64,000 nucleotides of DNA from a virus (taxonomy: Duplodnaviria > Caudoviricetes), in IMG/VR virus record IMGVR_UViG_3300021255_002539, positions 288,001 to 352,000 of that record; one strand, given 5' to 3'. The notes beneath the pieces are model-generated. The model was not told the origin of the DNA. It was given only the letters and a program-made list of their open reading frames with translations, and searched no databases. The first letter of the stretch is position 1, and the number at the start of each line of letters is the position of its first letter. Positions 9,258 to 20,101 of this stretch are shown in pieces. Both the position numbers and the translations under genes were made by a program.

Positions 9258-9848
9258 TCAATTTCCCCCTTGCTTGTCGAACGCCCCGTAAAGCTTGAAT
9301 TTCTTGCTTATCTTGTGCGCATCATCGTCCTTGAGGGGCTTGAACCACATACCAACTGTGCAGGTTCCATCTGGGTTCTCTGGCGTCAAGTCAGTCTTGC
9401 AGTGGTCGTTGATGTAGCCATAATCTACACCTTCTACCAGACCCAGTTCCTTGATGGGTTCCTCTGTCTTGGACTTCAGTTGCTCCAGGTTCTTGGCCTC
9501 GCAAATGGTCTTGGTGAAGATGTCGTTGATGTAGCCCTCCCAGATGTCCTTTTGGATTTCAACTGTGACGCTCACTGTATTCCTTGGAAACTGCGTCTTG
9601 ACCTTGAAGTACTTCTCCCCGGCCTTGAACGCCTCCTCTGCCTTCTTGCAGACATCTGGGTGCTTGTATGTGGCTGGCCGACCAGGACGCCACGGATCTT
9701 CTGACAACAGGGTGTCGAACTCGTTGTCCTGCACATTGCCCGACTTCAACATGTTGGTGAAGAATGCCTCTGCGCAATGTCCAACCATTGCAGCCAGTTT
9801 CCCTGGCCTCAGATGAAGGTCTTTTCGGATTATGAATATGCGTCTCAT
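9258..9848 (-). CDS. Peptidyl-tRNA hydrolase, Pth2 family
   Basis: IIRKDL...GKLAAMVGH, FTKTIC, INDxCKTDL, T.TVG..P motifs. Confidence 0.8.
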   Translation of the reverse strand: MRRIFIIRKDLHLRPGKLAAMVGHCAEAFFTNMLKSGNVQDNEFDTLLSEDPWRPGRPATYKHPDVCKKAEEAFKAGEKYFKVKTQFPRNTVSVTVEIQKDIWEGYINDIFTKTICEAKNLEQLKSKTEEPIKELGLVEGVDYGYINDHCKTDLTPENPDGTCTVGMWFKPLKDDDAHKISKKFKLYGAFDKQGGN

Positions 9849-9864
9849 AGTGGTTCAATTATAC

Positions 9865-9898
9865 AAAAATCTACACTAGGCGCGAACCTAGTGTAGAT
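9865..9898 (-). terminator. Intrinsic terminator after the tRNA
   Basis: 12-bp stem ATCTACACTAGG/CCTAGTGTAGAT, loop TTCGCG, then a T tract. Confidence 0.85.
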
Positions 9899-9901
9899 AA
9901 G

Positions 9902-9980
9902 TGGCTGATCCACCTCCTTTGCCACGGAGGACCCAGCGGGTTAGAGCCGCTTGTGCTATTAGGCATTACACTATGGATCA
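9902..9980 (-). tRNA. Amber suppressor tRNA, anticodon CUA (probably Gln), with non-canonical D and T loops
   Basis: TGATCCA-TA-GTGT-AATGCCTAATA-GCAC-A-AGCGG-CTCTAAC-CCGCT-GGGT-CCTCC-GTGGCAAA-GGAGG-TGGATCA-G-CCA: all four stems pair, encoded CCA, U1-A72, G73. Confidence 0.9.
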
Positions 9981-10030
9981 ATTGAAACTGTCTCGTTTCT
10001 CATTGCCTTCAATTATACGAAATCCCAACA

Positions 10031-13000
10031 TCAGAAATCGCCCAAATCGACAGCATCAGAATCTTGCATCTTCACCGTGTTGTCTGGGGCCATGGATGGC
10101 GCGTTCTGAATCACCATTGCGCTTCCTACTGGTATCTTGTTCACTTCCTCCACATACTCCTAGAGGTTTCCATGTAGTCCGACTGCCGTCTCCTTGACCT
10201 CGGTGAATGTCTTCTCTGAAATCTTGTCTCCACGTATCAAGGCCAGCTTCAACTCCCGTTCCTCCCTGGGCAGTTTTGCGATTCTGTTCTCTGCCTCTTG
10301 CTTGATGTTGTTCACATCGTCGCCCAGTGACTTCAAGTCCTCGTCAGTGACCTTCCCAGGATCCTCAATCAACTTGCCGAGTATAGTTTCGTAGTTCTGC
10401 TCCTGCTTTTTGATTGCCTCCGCCGCCTTGATCTTCGCTTCCGCTATTACCAATGCTTCCTTGCGCTTGGCTTCCTCCTTGAGTTTCCTCTCGCGTTCCT
10501 CCTTTGCCTTGCGCTCCTCCTCTGCTTTTCTTGCTGCCTCTTTTGCCTCCCTCTGGCGGCGTTCCTCCTCTAGCTCTGCCATCGTCTTTGGTGGTTCCAA
10601 TGGGGTGGCGTTGTCGGCAATCTGACCAGGTTTCTTGACAATCGACTGACCTTGCATCTGCGAGGATATTCGCTTCTTGCGCTCGTCTCCGAACGCCACC
10701 CACACCTTCTTGAGTTGGTCCAGGTATCTGATGTCGCCCGTGAACTTCGCCTCGTACTGTGCCTTTTGCATCAAGGGTTGCAGGAGGTCTATGTTCTTCT
10801 GCAGTTCGACATCTGTCATTTCAGACATCTTCCCCCACAGACCAAACCACGTCTTCAGTATGGTGTCCTTCTCCTTGTCGTTGGGAATTCCCAGGCTTTT
10901 TCTGTACTCATCGAGTTTCTTGCGTTGTTTAGAGTTCGCGTTCGAGTAGTCGATGAGCCTCAGTTCCATGTTCGGGAATCTGAGGTACTTCTTCATGAAT
11001 CCAAACAGAAGTGGGGGTCGGAACAGAATCAGGAGTTTGTTGATCGAATCGTCGAGTGCCTGTTTGGACTTCTTGTCCCTGTTCGTGATGAAGTTGCCCA
11101 GTGCGTCCTCCACCCTGTTCCACTGGGGGATTATCTTGAAGGAAATGTACTCCAGGAAGATTTGAGCGAAGGCCCTCTGGGATGGGAGGTCGTGGAACAT
11201 ATTCTTCCAATCGAACCCCCGTATGTTGACGAAGTTGAAGAAGTTCCATGCCAGGCTGGCCAGAGGGGTTGTCTGGATGTCGTCCCCAAAGTCCTTGTCG
11301 AATTTCTTGATTATCTTGTTCTTGACGAAGAACTCTATTATTGGGATGGCGACTTGGATGCTGTTGTGTATTTGGCCAGACGAGAACAGGTCCAGTACGC
11401 CTCCATCGAACATCAGGCTCCTGACATCGCCGTATCTTATCCCAAATGCGGTAATGTCCTTCACCTTCTGGAGGATCCGCATGGTCTCGTACATCCTCTT
11501 GGACTTCCTGGAGGCGGCCTTGGCCTTGTCCAGAATCCCATCCTCTGGCTTGGCGTCGTACTTGCTCAGGTTCTTGTCGTAGTTCAAGAACCGTTCGATG
11601 CCCGCCTGACCCTTCTGAACTGGCTTCTTGAATGCTGACGAGATTTTCGAGACGATGTTCTTGTTGATTTGAATGGAATCCTCGATGCCGAAGGCCAGTC
11701 CAAACTTGGTCTCAACCTGGGTGTTCGCGTTCTCAAGCGAGTTGTTTTCGTCGGTTATCTCGCCCTTTTGGAGTCTGGTGTAGAAGTCTGTGAACCTGTT
11801 CTTGAATATGACGTTCCGTTCAACATCGTACCCACCAACATCGTGGTCGGCCAGTGCAGAGTTCCATTGCTTCCATTGCACCGCATAGTCTGCTATGTCG
11901 AGTTCCTTGGACTTGGTTGGATCCCAGAAACTGGGCTTGCCCAGGTCCTTGCACACGTTTTCGTATATCTCCCTGATGGCCTTCGCCCTGGCCAGTTCGT
12001 ATAGAATTGGGTGCACAGATATCTTCGCCTTGTTCTGCATCCATGTGAATGGCAAGAACCCAGTTGATGTGGTCTCGGCCTCTGCTGGACTGCCGAAGTA
12101 TATGTCTGGGGTCTGGTGTATGGACTCGAATGGGTTCAGTGGTATTATCGTCCTCAAGTCGCTGGCCATCACCCGATATCCAGGGTTCCATCCACTCACT
12201 GGGTCGTACAACAGACCCTGGACATTCTTGAACCTCTGGGACTTGCTGAGTTCGGTTATGTAGATGTCGAGTGCTTGAATCTGTGGCTGGATCGTCTCGG
12301 CGATCTTCCTGGCCTTCAGTTCCTTCAACTTCCTGCCCCTCTCCCTGGCAGCCGCGAATGGGTTGTACAACAAGGGTTGGTTGGCCTTCCATTCGTCCAT
12401 GTGCTAGTCGAGTTCCTGGCTGATGGTTGTCATGTTGGCGTTCAACCTGGCCAGAAGGTCGTTTGTTCCCCTTTCCTTGAGCCTGTTCTCTGTCTCCTCC
12501 CTGGTCGTCTTCTCGTCTACGGCCTGCTCCTGAATCTCCTGCGCCTTGCTGAACGACTTGGAGTACCGCATGTCCACGCTTCGCATTATGGCTCCACGTG
12601 GGATTCCACCTTGGAGCGTGGACTTCGACTGACCCTTACCTGTCTATAGCCCTGGGATGTTCACCATCTGGTTCTTGAAGGTCTTCACGCCCCTGCCAGC
12701 CTTCTTCAGGGCAGCCATGTAGACATTTATCTGACCCTTGGAGTCAGCCATCATGTCCTGGACATTGTTCTGCATCGCCCTCTCTGCGTCTGCCTTCTTG
12801 TTGTTCCAGTGGAGCATCACTTGGGTCGAGATGAAGGTGATTATGGCTGGTATGAGCTTGACTATGAACGACAGTATTGGTCCGACCCCGGGGACAATGC
12901 TCAGAACCCAACCCAGAATCTTGGCCAGTACCCCACCAGCAGATTTCCTCACTACGCCAATCAACCATGCGCCAAACAGCTTCCTCATGGTGTTCCTGGT

Positions 13001-14683
13001 CTCTATTCCATCTCTGATGGCACCCTTCTTTCCGAACAACTTCTTCTTGATGCCCTTGAAGAACCCAGACAATCTGTCGATGAAGTTCCTCAGACCAACA
13101 GTGACGAAGTTGTATATCCCCAGACCAATTGACTTCAGTGTACTCCATCCAGGTATTGGAACCCCGAATATCGTCATCTATGAACCATCGTTCTTGGGCA
13201 TGTACGCCTATGACCACTTGTTCAGGGCGAATCTGGTCAGACCTATCAGAATCAACGCTCCCAGGGCGAACACCATGAACTTCCCAATGCCACCAAAGAA
13301 CATTCCAAGCAGGGCATTGGCCTTCGCCTTTGCCTTCAACATGAATATCTGCCTTTGGGTCTTCTTCAAGTTCTTGGCTATTTCAGACTCCCCCTTGTCG
13401 ATCTTCTTCATCTGCTGGCCCAACCCCTTTTGGATTGCGTTGTAGTTTGGGGAGAACGCATTCACGAACTTCTTGTTTTGCAGTGTCTTCTGGAGGTTGT
13501 TGTGTATCTTGCCCAATGTGGACACTACGCCAGCTCTGGTTATGGAACCACCTTCAGCCCCAGGTTCCCGAATCGCACTGGGCAATTGGGTGTCCTCTGT
13601 TGGGCCGTGTGGTTGACCCAATTGGTGTACATGTCCACATATTGGGCAAGTGCACAGACCATTTGACGCCTTTTTTGTTGGGGACACATCAATCTTCGAC
13701 TGCTTTTGATCCACCTCTGGAATCTTTGTCTTCTCCAGACCCTTGGATTCCTTCGCAAAGAGGGATATGTCGTTCTGGATTTCCTTCTCGTATTGCTTCT
13801 GTTCCTTCTCCAGTTCCCTCCATTGCTTCCCATCCTGTTCCACAACTTCTGGCTGTGTCTGATCAATTCCCCCAATTTGATTACTACCCTCGATTTCACT
13901 TACCAGTTTTCTGAGGTCAATCTGTTTTGGTGGCTTGTTGTCCTGTAACTTGACTTTCTGACCTTGTTGAATTGCCTTGTTCAACTGGTCTATGCTGGAC
14001 GAGATGCCCTGTTCAACGTCTCCAGACAAGTCCAGTGTCTTGAGCATGGACTCAATCTGGCTCAATCTCTCCAGTTTCCATTGCTCGTCCTCGTCAGCCA
14101 GATTCCCCAATGCGTCTACTGTGCCTTGACCCTGCTCGGTTAATGTCTTGTTGAGGTTGTCGATGTCCTGTTGCTGACCTTCCTTGGACTTCGCCCATTC
14201 CAGTTTCCTTCTCTCGTATTCCCTAGAGAGGTTCAGCCTAACCTGTAGAATGGCCGTCTGAAGTTCGTCCATGAAGTCCAGCACCACCTGCATTATGTCG
14301 CAGTTGTCTGGCGTGAGTGTCTTGAGGACGACTTGCTTTGTCGTCTGCGACACCATGGCGGAATCCACATTCTCTGGGGTGAGATTGGCTTGATTTGCCT
14401 TTATCACTTCTGAGATTTTGTCGACAGTCTTGGAGTCTTTGACTATGTTCAGAAACTTCTCGTCAAGCGACCGATAGATGGTCCTAGGCAAGTATTCAGA
14501 ATTTGCGCCCTATTGGGTCAATGCGCCCTGTGTAAAGTCGTCGAACAGCCTGCCGAGTCCATTGTAGATGTCCTGCATGTGCTTTGTGGAGGACACTGGC
14601 TCCACGCCACCAACAAACGAAGTGAAGTTCTTCGTTGCTGAATTGGCTACTGCCTACAGGTCTTGTGTTTTTGGCTAGGACAT
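10031..14683 (-). CDS. 1550-aa virion protein, tape-measure-like (TAG read-through, 8 internal TAG)
   Basis: Four code-11 ORFs (13208-14491, 12644-13177, 12404-12586, 10160-12400) share one frame and are separated only by TAG; helical, with central hydrophobic G-rich segments; GTAAATA upstream. Confidence 0.8.
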
Positions 14684-14708
14684 TATTTCACGGTTCTGTC
14701 ATTATCGG

Positions 14709-14718
14709 TATTTACCAT
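14709..14718 (-). promoter_or_regulatory. Late-type promoter ATGGTAAATA
   Basis: Recurrent motif resembling T4 TATAAATA, found upstream of structural genes. Confidence 0.7.
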
Positions 14719-14731
14719 TTCTGGGTAGGGG

Positions 14732-14766
14732 AAAACGAAAACGACCCCGAGGTTGAGGTCGTTTCG
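14732..14766 (-). terminator. Intrinsic terminator
   Basis: Stem AAACGACCTC/GGGGTCGTTT followed by a T-rich tail. Confidence 0.7.
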
Positions 14767-14794
14767 TCATGTTGTTCTGGATTCTGAATTGGGA

Positions 14795-15646
14795 TTATGG
14801 CAAGGTAGTTGCCTGTGGATGCATTGAGTCAATGGACACCCAGTTCTCTCCGAAGTTGTCGTTGTTCTCTTCGTCGTCCTCGTAAGGTTCGTCTGCCCTT
14901 GGAGTAGACACCCTCTTCTTTGGTTCAATATCCTTGAATGTATCTTCGTCGTCAGAATACAAATCCAATCGCTCATCGTCAGGTGTCAAAGGTTTTGCCT
15001 TTGGAATGGACACCCTCTTCTTTGGTTCAATATCCTTGAATGTATCTTCATCGTCAGAATACAAATCCAATCCTTCATCATATGGTTCGTTTGCCCTGGG
15101 GTCGAGTGACACCGTCTTGAATGTGCTTGGATCGTAGTGGAACTTGGCGCAAATCGCCTCAATCTTGTTCTGACCCAATTCTGCGTGCTGGAACACCTGT
15201 GCTGCCTTGATGTCGTCTGTCCACTCAAGCTCACCCTTGTTCAGACCTTCGTCGCTCTTCAAGTAGCCGTGCATGTCAAGGTCGTCGTCGTCTATGCGTA
15301 TCACGACTTCCTCGGAGATGTCGCCATCGTCAGCACTCTCCTGCTTCACCTCGTCGTTGTTCGTTGCCAACAACGCTCCATCAAGTTTCTTCGGATCCTT
15401 CTTGAGATTGTCAAGGGTTTTTTGGTCAACCCCCTTGTCAAGTAGGATTTTCTTCTTCTGGTCGTCCGTGAGTGAATCCGTTGAGATTTCAATGGTGTTT
15501 TCGCCATCTTCCTTCACTATGTCTGTCTTGTCGTCCTTTACCACATTGTCGTTAGCCTTTATTTCGGTGTTTACGATGCCCTTCTCAAGCATTTCCTTGT
15601 CAAGTGCCTCGTTCATCTTCACCAGTTTGTCAAAATACTTTCCCAT
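14795..15646 (-). CDS. Acidic late protein, possible internal head/scaffold protein
   Basis: ATGGTAAATA at 15677-15686; D/E-rich; MNEA/KQES motifs; internal duplication. Confidence 0.65.
   Translation of the reverse strand: MGKYFDKLVKMNEALDKEMLEKGIVNTEIKANDNVVKDDKTDIVKEDGENTIEISTDSLTDDQKKKILLDKGVDQKTLDNLKKDPKKLDGALLATNNDEVKQESADDGDISEEVVIRIDDDDLDMHGYLKSDEGLNKGELEWTDDIKAAQVFQHAELGQNKIEAICAKFHYDPSTFKTVSLDPRANEPYDEGLDLYSDDEDTFKDIEPKKRVSIPKAKPLTPDDERLDLYSDDEDTFKDIEPKKRVSTPRADEPYEDDEENNDNFGENWVSIDSMHPQATTLP
14907..15072. repeat. Direct repeat, two 64-nt copies (1 mismatch), period 102 nt
   Basis: Encodes LDLYSDDEDTFKDIEPKKRVS twice. Confidence 0.9.
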
Positions 15647-15691
15647 GTTATAACCTCTTTGGTTTAATTGTATTTGTATTTACCATTACAT

Positions 15692-16804
15692 TCATCGAAA
15701 TGGGGTCATTGCGTCGGCAACCACCTTGAACAACTTGTTCCTGGTGTCTGAATCCTGAAATTCCATCAGCCCTCTCGCCATCTTGCAGAACTCCCTGTCC
15801 GTCATTATGTCAATCAGAAAGTCAGTGGCATCTACATTGTGCAAGGTGCAGTCCAATTCAAACGACTCGAACACCCCATCTGCAGACTTCAACCAATCAT
15901 CCACCAACAGAGTCGACAACCCCTTTTTGTCCAGTTTCTCGTAATTCTCGTTCCAAATGCGGTCGATCTTCTCCTGATTGAACAACTTGTATGTCCCACC
16001 TGTTGCTGCCAACTTGTCTTGTTCGTTGCATAGTTGGTTCCAAGCCATCATCTTCACGCGGTTGGTGTATATTCCCCTTTCGTCTGCCAGGATGTGCTTG
16101 ATGAGCAATTGAGGTGGGTTTAATTCCCTCCCAGGTTTCCATGTCCCACGCAATCCAACGCCCATCTTGGTGAACTTGGACAGAAACTCGAAGTACTTGG
16201 AGAGGTTGCCTACCATGACGATGTGCTCTGCCTCTGACAACTCCTGGAAGAACTTGGGGTTCAGCATCTCGGGGAGGAACAACGAGTAGCTGAAGTCAAT
16301 CTGGTCCTTGTCCTTGGTGTCCATGAACTTCTGGATTCTGCCAACAATCATCTGCCTCAAGGTGATCTTCCTTTGCAGAACCAACATATCCTGATCCTTG
16401 ATGTTGTTGCCGAGCATCGTGAGGGGGTTGTTCAGCAGATCGAATCCCTGCATGCCGTGTTCTGTGAGGAAGTTGTCGTATTCGTCCTGCAATTGGGTAG
16501 ACCCACCATCCATCTGGTAGTTGAAGTACAGTCTGGTCACACGAGGCAGGGCAGGAAGGCAGTTGTAGAGCCTTTGCCTGAAGTCAGAACTGAATTGCTC
16601 CAGAACATCCAACTTGAACAACCAATAGGCGCAAGTGGAGAGCCTGACGGCATCGAACAGAATATCGTCGTCAACCAGGGCGCAGTTCAACTCAACCACA
16701 TCTGGTGTAGTCGTCTGTGGCATTATGATGGCATCCAAGTCCAAGGGACATTGAATATAGTCCCTTGGATTCGGTGGTTTCTGTCTTTGACCTTTCTTTG
16801 CCAT
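15692..16804 (-). CDS. Hypothetical protein (about 370 aa)
   Basis: Long ORF with biased codon usage. Confidence 0.75.
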   Translation of the reverse strand: MAKKGQRQKPPNPRDYIQCPLDLDAIIMPQTTTPDVVELNCALVDDDILFDAVRLSTCAYWLFKLDVLEQFSSDFRQRLYNCLPALPRVTRLYFNYQMDGGSTQLQDEYDNFLTEHGMQGFDLLNNPLTMLGNNIKDQDMLVLQRKITLRQMIVGRIQKFMDTKDKDQIDFSYSLFLPEMLNPKFFQELSEAEHIVMVGNLSKYFEFLSKFTKMGVGLRGTWKPGRELNPPQLLIKHILADERGIYTNRVKMMAWNQLCNEQDKLAATGGTYKLFNQEKIDRIWNENYEKLDKKGLSTLLVDDWLKSADGVFESFELDCTLHNVDATDFLIDIMTDREFCKMARGLMEFQDSDTRNKLFKVVADAMTPFR

Positions 16805-16859
16805 TTGCCACATATATTGTACAACAAATGGTAAATACAGGAAAGGAAAGCGAGAAAAC

Positions 16860-19199
16860 ATGGTACATAGAGTCGGAACACAGGAAACAGAGGAACAAGA
16901 GGATCCAAAGAAGAAGAAGGGTGGTGGTCCTTGCAGTTCGGCGTCGCAGAATGGGGATGCATCTCAGGATTCGGCGGAGTATCCATCTGGTGGAGACCCC
17001 GAGCAGGACTTGGGCGAGGTCGGGATGGACGATGTTGACGCCTCTGTCAACTCGATGTGCAAGAAAACCTATACAGTCTACCGAGCAATACACAAGGACT
17101 ACAACTGCCCATCAGCCAGAAGGGACAACGTGGCCGACCAGTTCACTCCCCAAGACGACCTGCTCGTAATGGAGAAGACCGTAAGGGACTTCCTGAAGTT
17201 GGAGGGCAAGGTATACGACCCACAGACCACCAACCCCAGGTTCTTCGCCCCAGAGGGATGGGTGCAGAACTACGAGAAGGACAAGAATGTGGTATTGGCA
17301 GCGCTGGACCAGTTCAAGGCCAACATCATCAGAATGGAACACCTCTACACGGTGGCAGACAACAATTCCTACTCGAAACTGCTGTCCATACCCAACCAGG
17401 ACTGCAAGGAGTCCTTTCAGACGAACATCTGGTGGACATCCAGGGCGTTGAAGGATTGGGCGAACAACTGGTTCATCAAGCGCAACGCATACTCCAACAC
17501 GAAACTGTACGACCAGGACTATTGGGTTCCTGGGATGACTGGGCAGATGATTCAGTGGATGAACATTGGATCGTACAACGAGTTCAACATGGACGCAATC
17601 TCGAACGAGACGATGCTCAGAAAGGTCGATCTCCTGGAGGGCGTGATTGACAGGCTCATGAACAAGACGGCTGTGCAGGAGACAATCTCCAACTACGTCA
17701 ACCTCAAGGAGGCGATAGAGTCCACGGCAGATCAGAACAAGGAGAAGATCTTCACGACAAAGGTGATAGACTCCCAAATGGGCAAGAAGTTGGGCGTGAC
17801 TGACACAGGGGTGGAGAACCAGAAGGTTGAGGGCACGACCTACATAGCACCGAAGGAAGATTCAGTGGAGGACTACACCCTGCAGTGCAAATTGAGTTGC
17901 GTCAAGAACTTGTTCAAGGAGTTCAGGGAGAAGTCGACCGAGACTATGGATGCCTGCAGGTGCGTGTCCCCAACTGGACCTGGCCCATATCCACAGATTT
18001 GGACGAACATAGATGTCCTGGCTGCCCCAGTGTACACAGATCTGGACATAATGAACGAACTCGTGATGGATGTCTACAACGACAGCGAGAACCCAGGGAA
18101 GCATTGCTCAGTGACACACCAACCATTGGATTCTCAGGAACTCATGACCAGAATAGCATCCTTCAAGTGCATCATACAGGATGGCGTGATAGACATCATG
18201 ACGAACCAAGCCCTGTTGCCGAAGAAGGGCAAGAACATCCTCGACTCCATGTTCAACCAACTGTGGGAATATGGCGAAAAGGGACCGACAGTCGATTTGC
18301 CAGACTGGTGCAAGCAAGCCATAGAGAGCATCAATGGGTTCGAGAGGACGATGATGGACGCATGGAGCGAAGTGTACGACTGTTGGGAGAGGGAGTTCAT
18401 CACCCGCCTGTGGAGCATAGAGGTCGACCACCACACATCAAATTGGGAGAGGACGCAGACGAGATCGGTGAGAACAATACACAACCACGTGCATCCATAT
18501 GTCCCCTTGACCATGATGACACTGGCCTCGATTGGGGGAGACACCAGAAACCTGGACACGACCCCACTGAAGGGCGTGATGAGCTGCCCTGGGCACTTGG
18601 AGAGGTTGATGAAGCCAGTGTGCATCCAATACAGGGTGTTCAATGTGGCGCATCTGGCCAGGAACTTCAGGACAGACGTCAAGGCACTTTGCCAATGGAT
18701 GGTGTCTGCCATAGAAGCTATTGGCATCAAGCAAGCAGCAATATCGGCAGTGATGTCCGACCCAACCTTGAATGGTGACTGTGGGAACTGTGGCTGCCAT
18801 GGCCCACTCGGCCAGATAAACAAGCTCAGGGAGAAGAACAACAAGCTGCTTGAGAAGGTGGAGAAGGCCTATGGCATCTACTCTGATGTCAACAACATGA
18901 AGAACAAGAAGGAGTACGACGAGGAAATTGCCCTCCACGAACTGCAACCCAACAAGTTCAGCAACGAGGATCAGTTGAACATGTCGTCCAGCGTCCAATC
19001 TGAATCCAACGAGACTGGACTGGACTCAGAATTGTGCCAAGGTGGGATAGACATAGAGCAATTGAGGCCATGGAACCACCTGGAATTGTCAGAGAACAAG
19101 ATCAACCCAGTTCCACTTCCAGTTGAGCCAGCATGCAACAAGTTCGACAAGATAATCCAGACTGTCGCTGGCTTCGAGACCTTCTTCAACAAGGGGTGA
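16860..19199 (+). CDS. 779-aa late protein of unknown function (probable virion protein)
   Basis: ATGGTAAATA at 16828-16837; long ORF, Cys-rich patches. Confidence 0.75.
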   Translation: MVHRVGTQETEEQEDPKKKKGGGPCSSASQNGDASQDSAEYPSGGDPEQDLGEVGMDDVDASVNSMCKKTYTVYRAIHKDYNCPSARRDNVADQFTPQDDLLVMEKTVRDFLKLEGKVYDPQTTNPRFFAPEGWVQNYEKDKNVVLAALDQFKANIIRMEHLYTVADNNSYSKLLSIPNQDCKESFQTNIWWTSRALKDWANNWFIKRNAYSNTKLYDQDYWVPGMTGQMIQWMNIGSYNEFNMDAISNETMLRKVDLLEGVIDRLMNKTAVQETISNYVNLKEAIESTADQNKEKIFTTKVIDSQMGKKLGVTDTGVENQKVEGTTYIAPKEDSVEDYTLQCKLSCVKNLFKEFREKSTETMDACRCVSPTGPGPYPQIWTNIDVLAAPVYTDLDIMNELVMDVYNDSENPGKHCSVTHQPLDSQELMTRIASFKCIIQDGVIDIMTNQALLPKKGKNILDSMFNQLWEYGEKGPTVDLPDWCKQAIESINGFERTMMDAWSEVYDCWEREFITRLWSIEVDHHTSNWERTQTRSVRTIHNHVHPYVPLTMMTLASIGGDTRNLDTTPLKGVMSCPGHLERLMKPVCIQYRVFNVAHLARNFRTDVKALCQWMVSAIEAIGIKQAAISAVMSDPTLNGDCGNCGCHGPLGQINKLREKNNKLLEKVEKAYGIYSDVNNMKNKKEYDEEIALHELQPNKFSNEDQLNMSSSVQSESNETGLDSELCQGGIDIEQLRPWNHLELSENKINPVPLPVEPACNKFDKIIQTVAGFETFFNKG

Positions 19200-19559
19200 T
19201 CAATCAGACGATTCGCCGTCCATTATCTCCAATCCACATTTCTTGGCAATCCCCAGTTCCTGCAATGTGCCCTTTGACCGCCTCCACCCAGGGAGCAGAT
19301 ATATCGCATCACAGTTTTGAAGTTGCTCCAAGTCGGTTTCGATCATTTCCCTGGCCAGTTCAGACCGTTTGCCCTTGTCTCCAGAATACAGAGCCTCAAA
19401 CGACTTCTGTATCTCGTCCCATGTTCCCAGTCTCTTTGCGATTTCAAATGGATTTACGGTTTCGTATCCATAGTCCTTCAAGACACGTTCGGTGTCATAG
19501 AACGCATCTTGGTTGAATCTTGGCATTCCTGTTATTGGTCCGGCTATGTACACCCTCAT
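19200..19559 (-). CDS. DUF4406 family (nucleoside deoxyribosyltransferase-like)
   Basis: VYIAGPITG, NP, CDAIYLLPGW..SKG...E. Confidence 0.85.
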   Translation of the reverse strand: MRVYIAGPITGMPRFNQDAFYDTERVLKDYGYETVNPFEIAKRLGTWDEIQKSFEALYSGDKGKRSELAREMIETDLEQLQNCDAIYLLPGWRRSKGTLQELGIAKKCGLEIMDGESSD

Positions 19560-19579
19560 GTTCAATTTCCTCAGTGTTA

Positions 19580-20101
19580 TCATCCAAATGTGGTGGACAG
19601 CACCCTCAATACCTCGCAGTTGAAGTGTACCTTCTCGTGGATGTTGATTGCGTTGTTCGCAACATAGTCCTCCAGGTTGCGCTCAAGCATCAGGTTGAAG
19701 TACATGTTGAACCAATACGCGATTGCCTGGGAACGGGAACGACCAGCCCAACAATGCACAACCACAGTGGCGTTGTGGTCCACCTTCCAGATGCCCATCA
19801 ACCAGTTCATGATGTCAGACGCCAGTTCCTGGTTGAAGAACACCGGCTGTCTAGTACCATCCTCGAACTTCGCCTTTACCCATGGATGTTCCATGTCGTG
19901 GTAGAAGCGATAAGGATCTATGTCGTCGAAATGGACGACCTTCGCGTTGATGTTGTTCCTCGCAATCCTTCTGTCCAGACAGGCATGCTTCTCGTCGGTC
20001 TCGGTGTCGGTGTAGGGATCGCGTATTGACAACAAGTTGCATCCAGGCCGCCTCTCGACGACCCTCAACACCTTGTTCAGACTGTATACTTCAAACTTCA
20101 A
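19580..20101 (-). CDS. Protein tyrosine/dual-specificity phosphatase-like
   Basis: HCWAGRSRS (CX5R) motif, FDDI. Confidence 0.8.
   Translation of the reverse strand: MKFEVYSLNKVLRVVERRPGCNLLSIRDPYTDTETDEKHACLDRRIARNNINAKVVHFDDIDPYRFYHDMEHPWVKAKFEDGTRQPVFFNQELASDIMNWLMGIWKVDHNATVVVHCWAGRSRSQAIAYWFNMYFNLMLERNLEDYVANNAINIHEKVHFNCEVLRVLSTTFG

Noticed and set aside
9902-9980. Pyrrolysine tRNA
   Set aside because: No pyl genes in the window, the arm lengths are not tRNA-Pyl-like, and TAG positions fall where Gln fits the motifs
10160-14491. Fragmented ORFs as pseudogenes or sequencing errors
   Set aside because: Every break is an in-frame TAG, never TAA/TGA or a frameshift, in genes that include essential ones, and a CUA tRNA is present
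14907-15072. Direct repeat as a CRISPR array or DGR template/variable repeat
   Set aside because: Only two copies, in frame within a CDS, one mismatch; no cas or reverse transcriptase gene in the window
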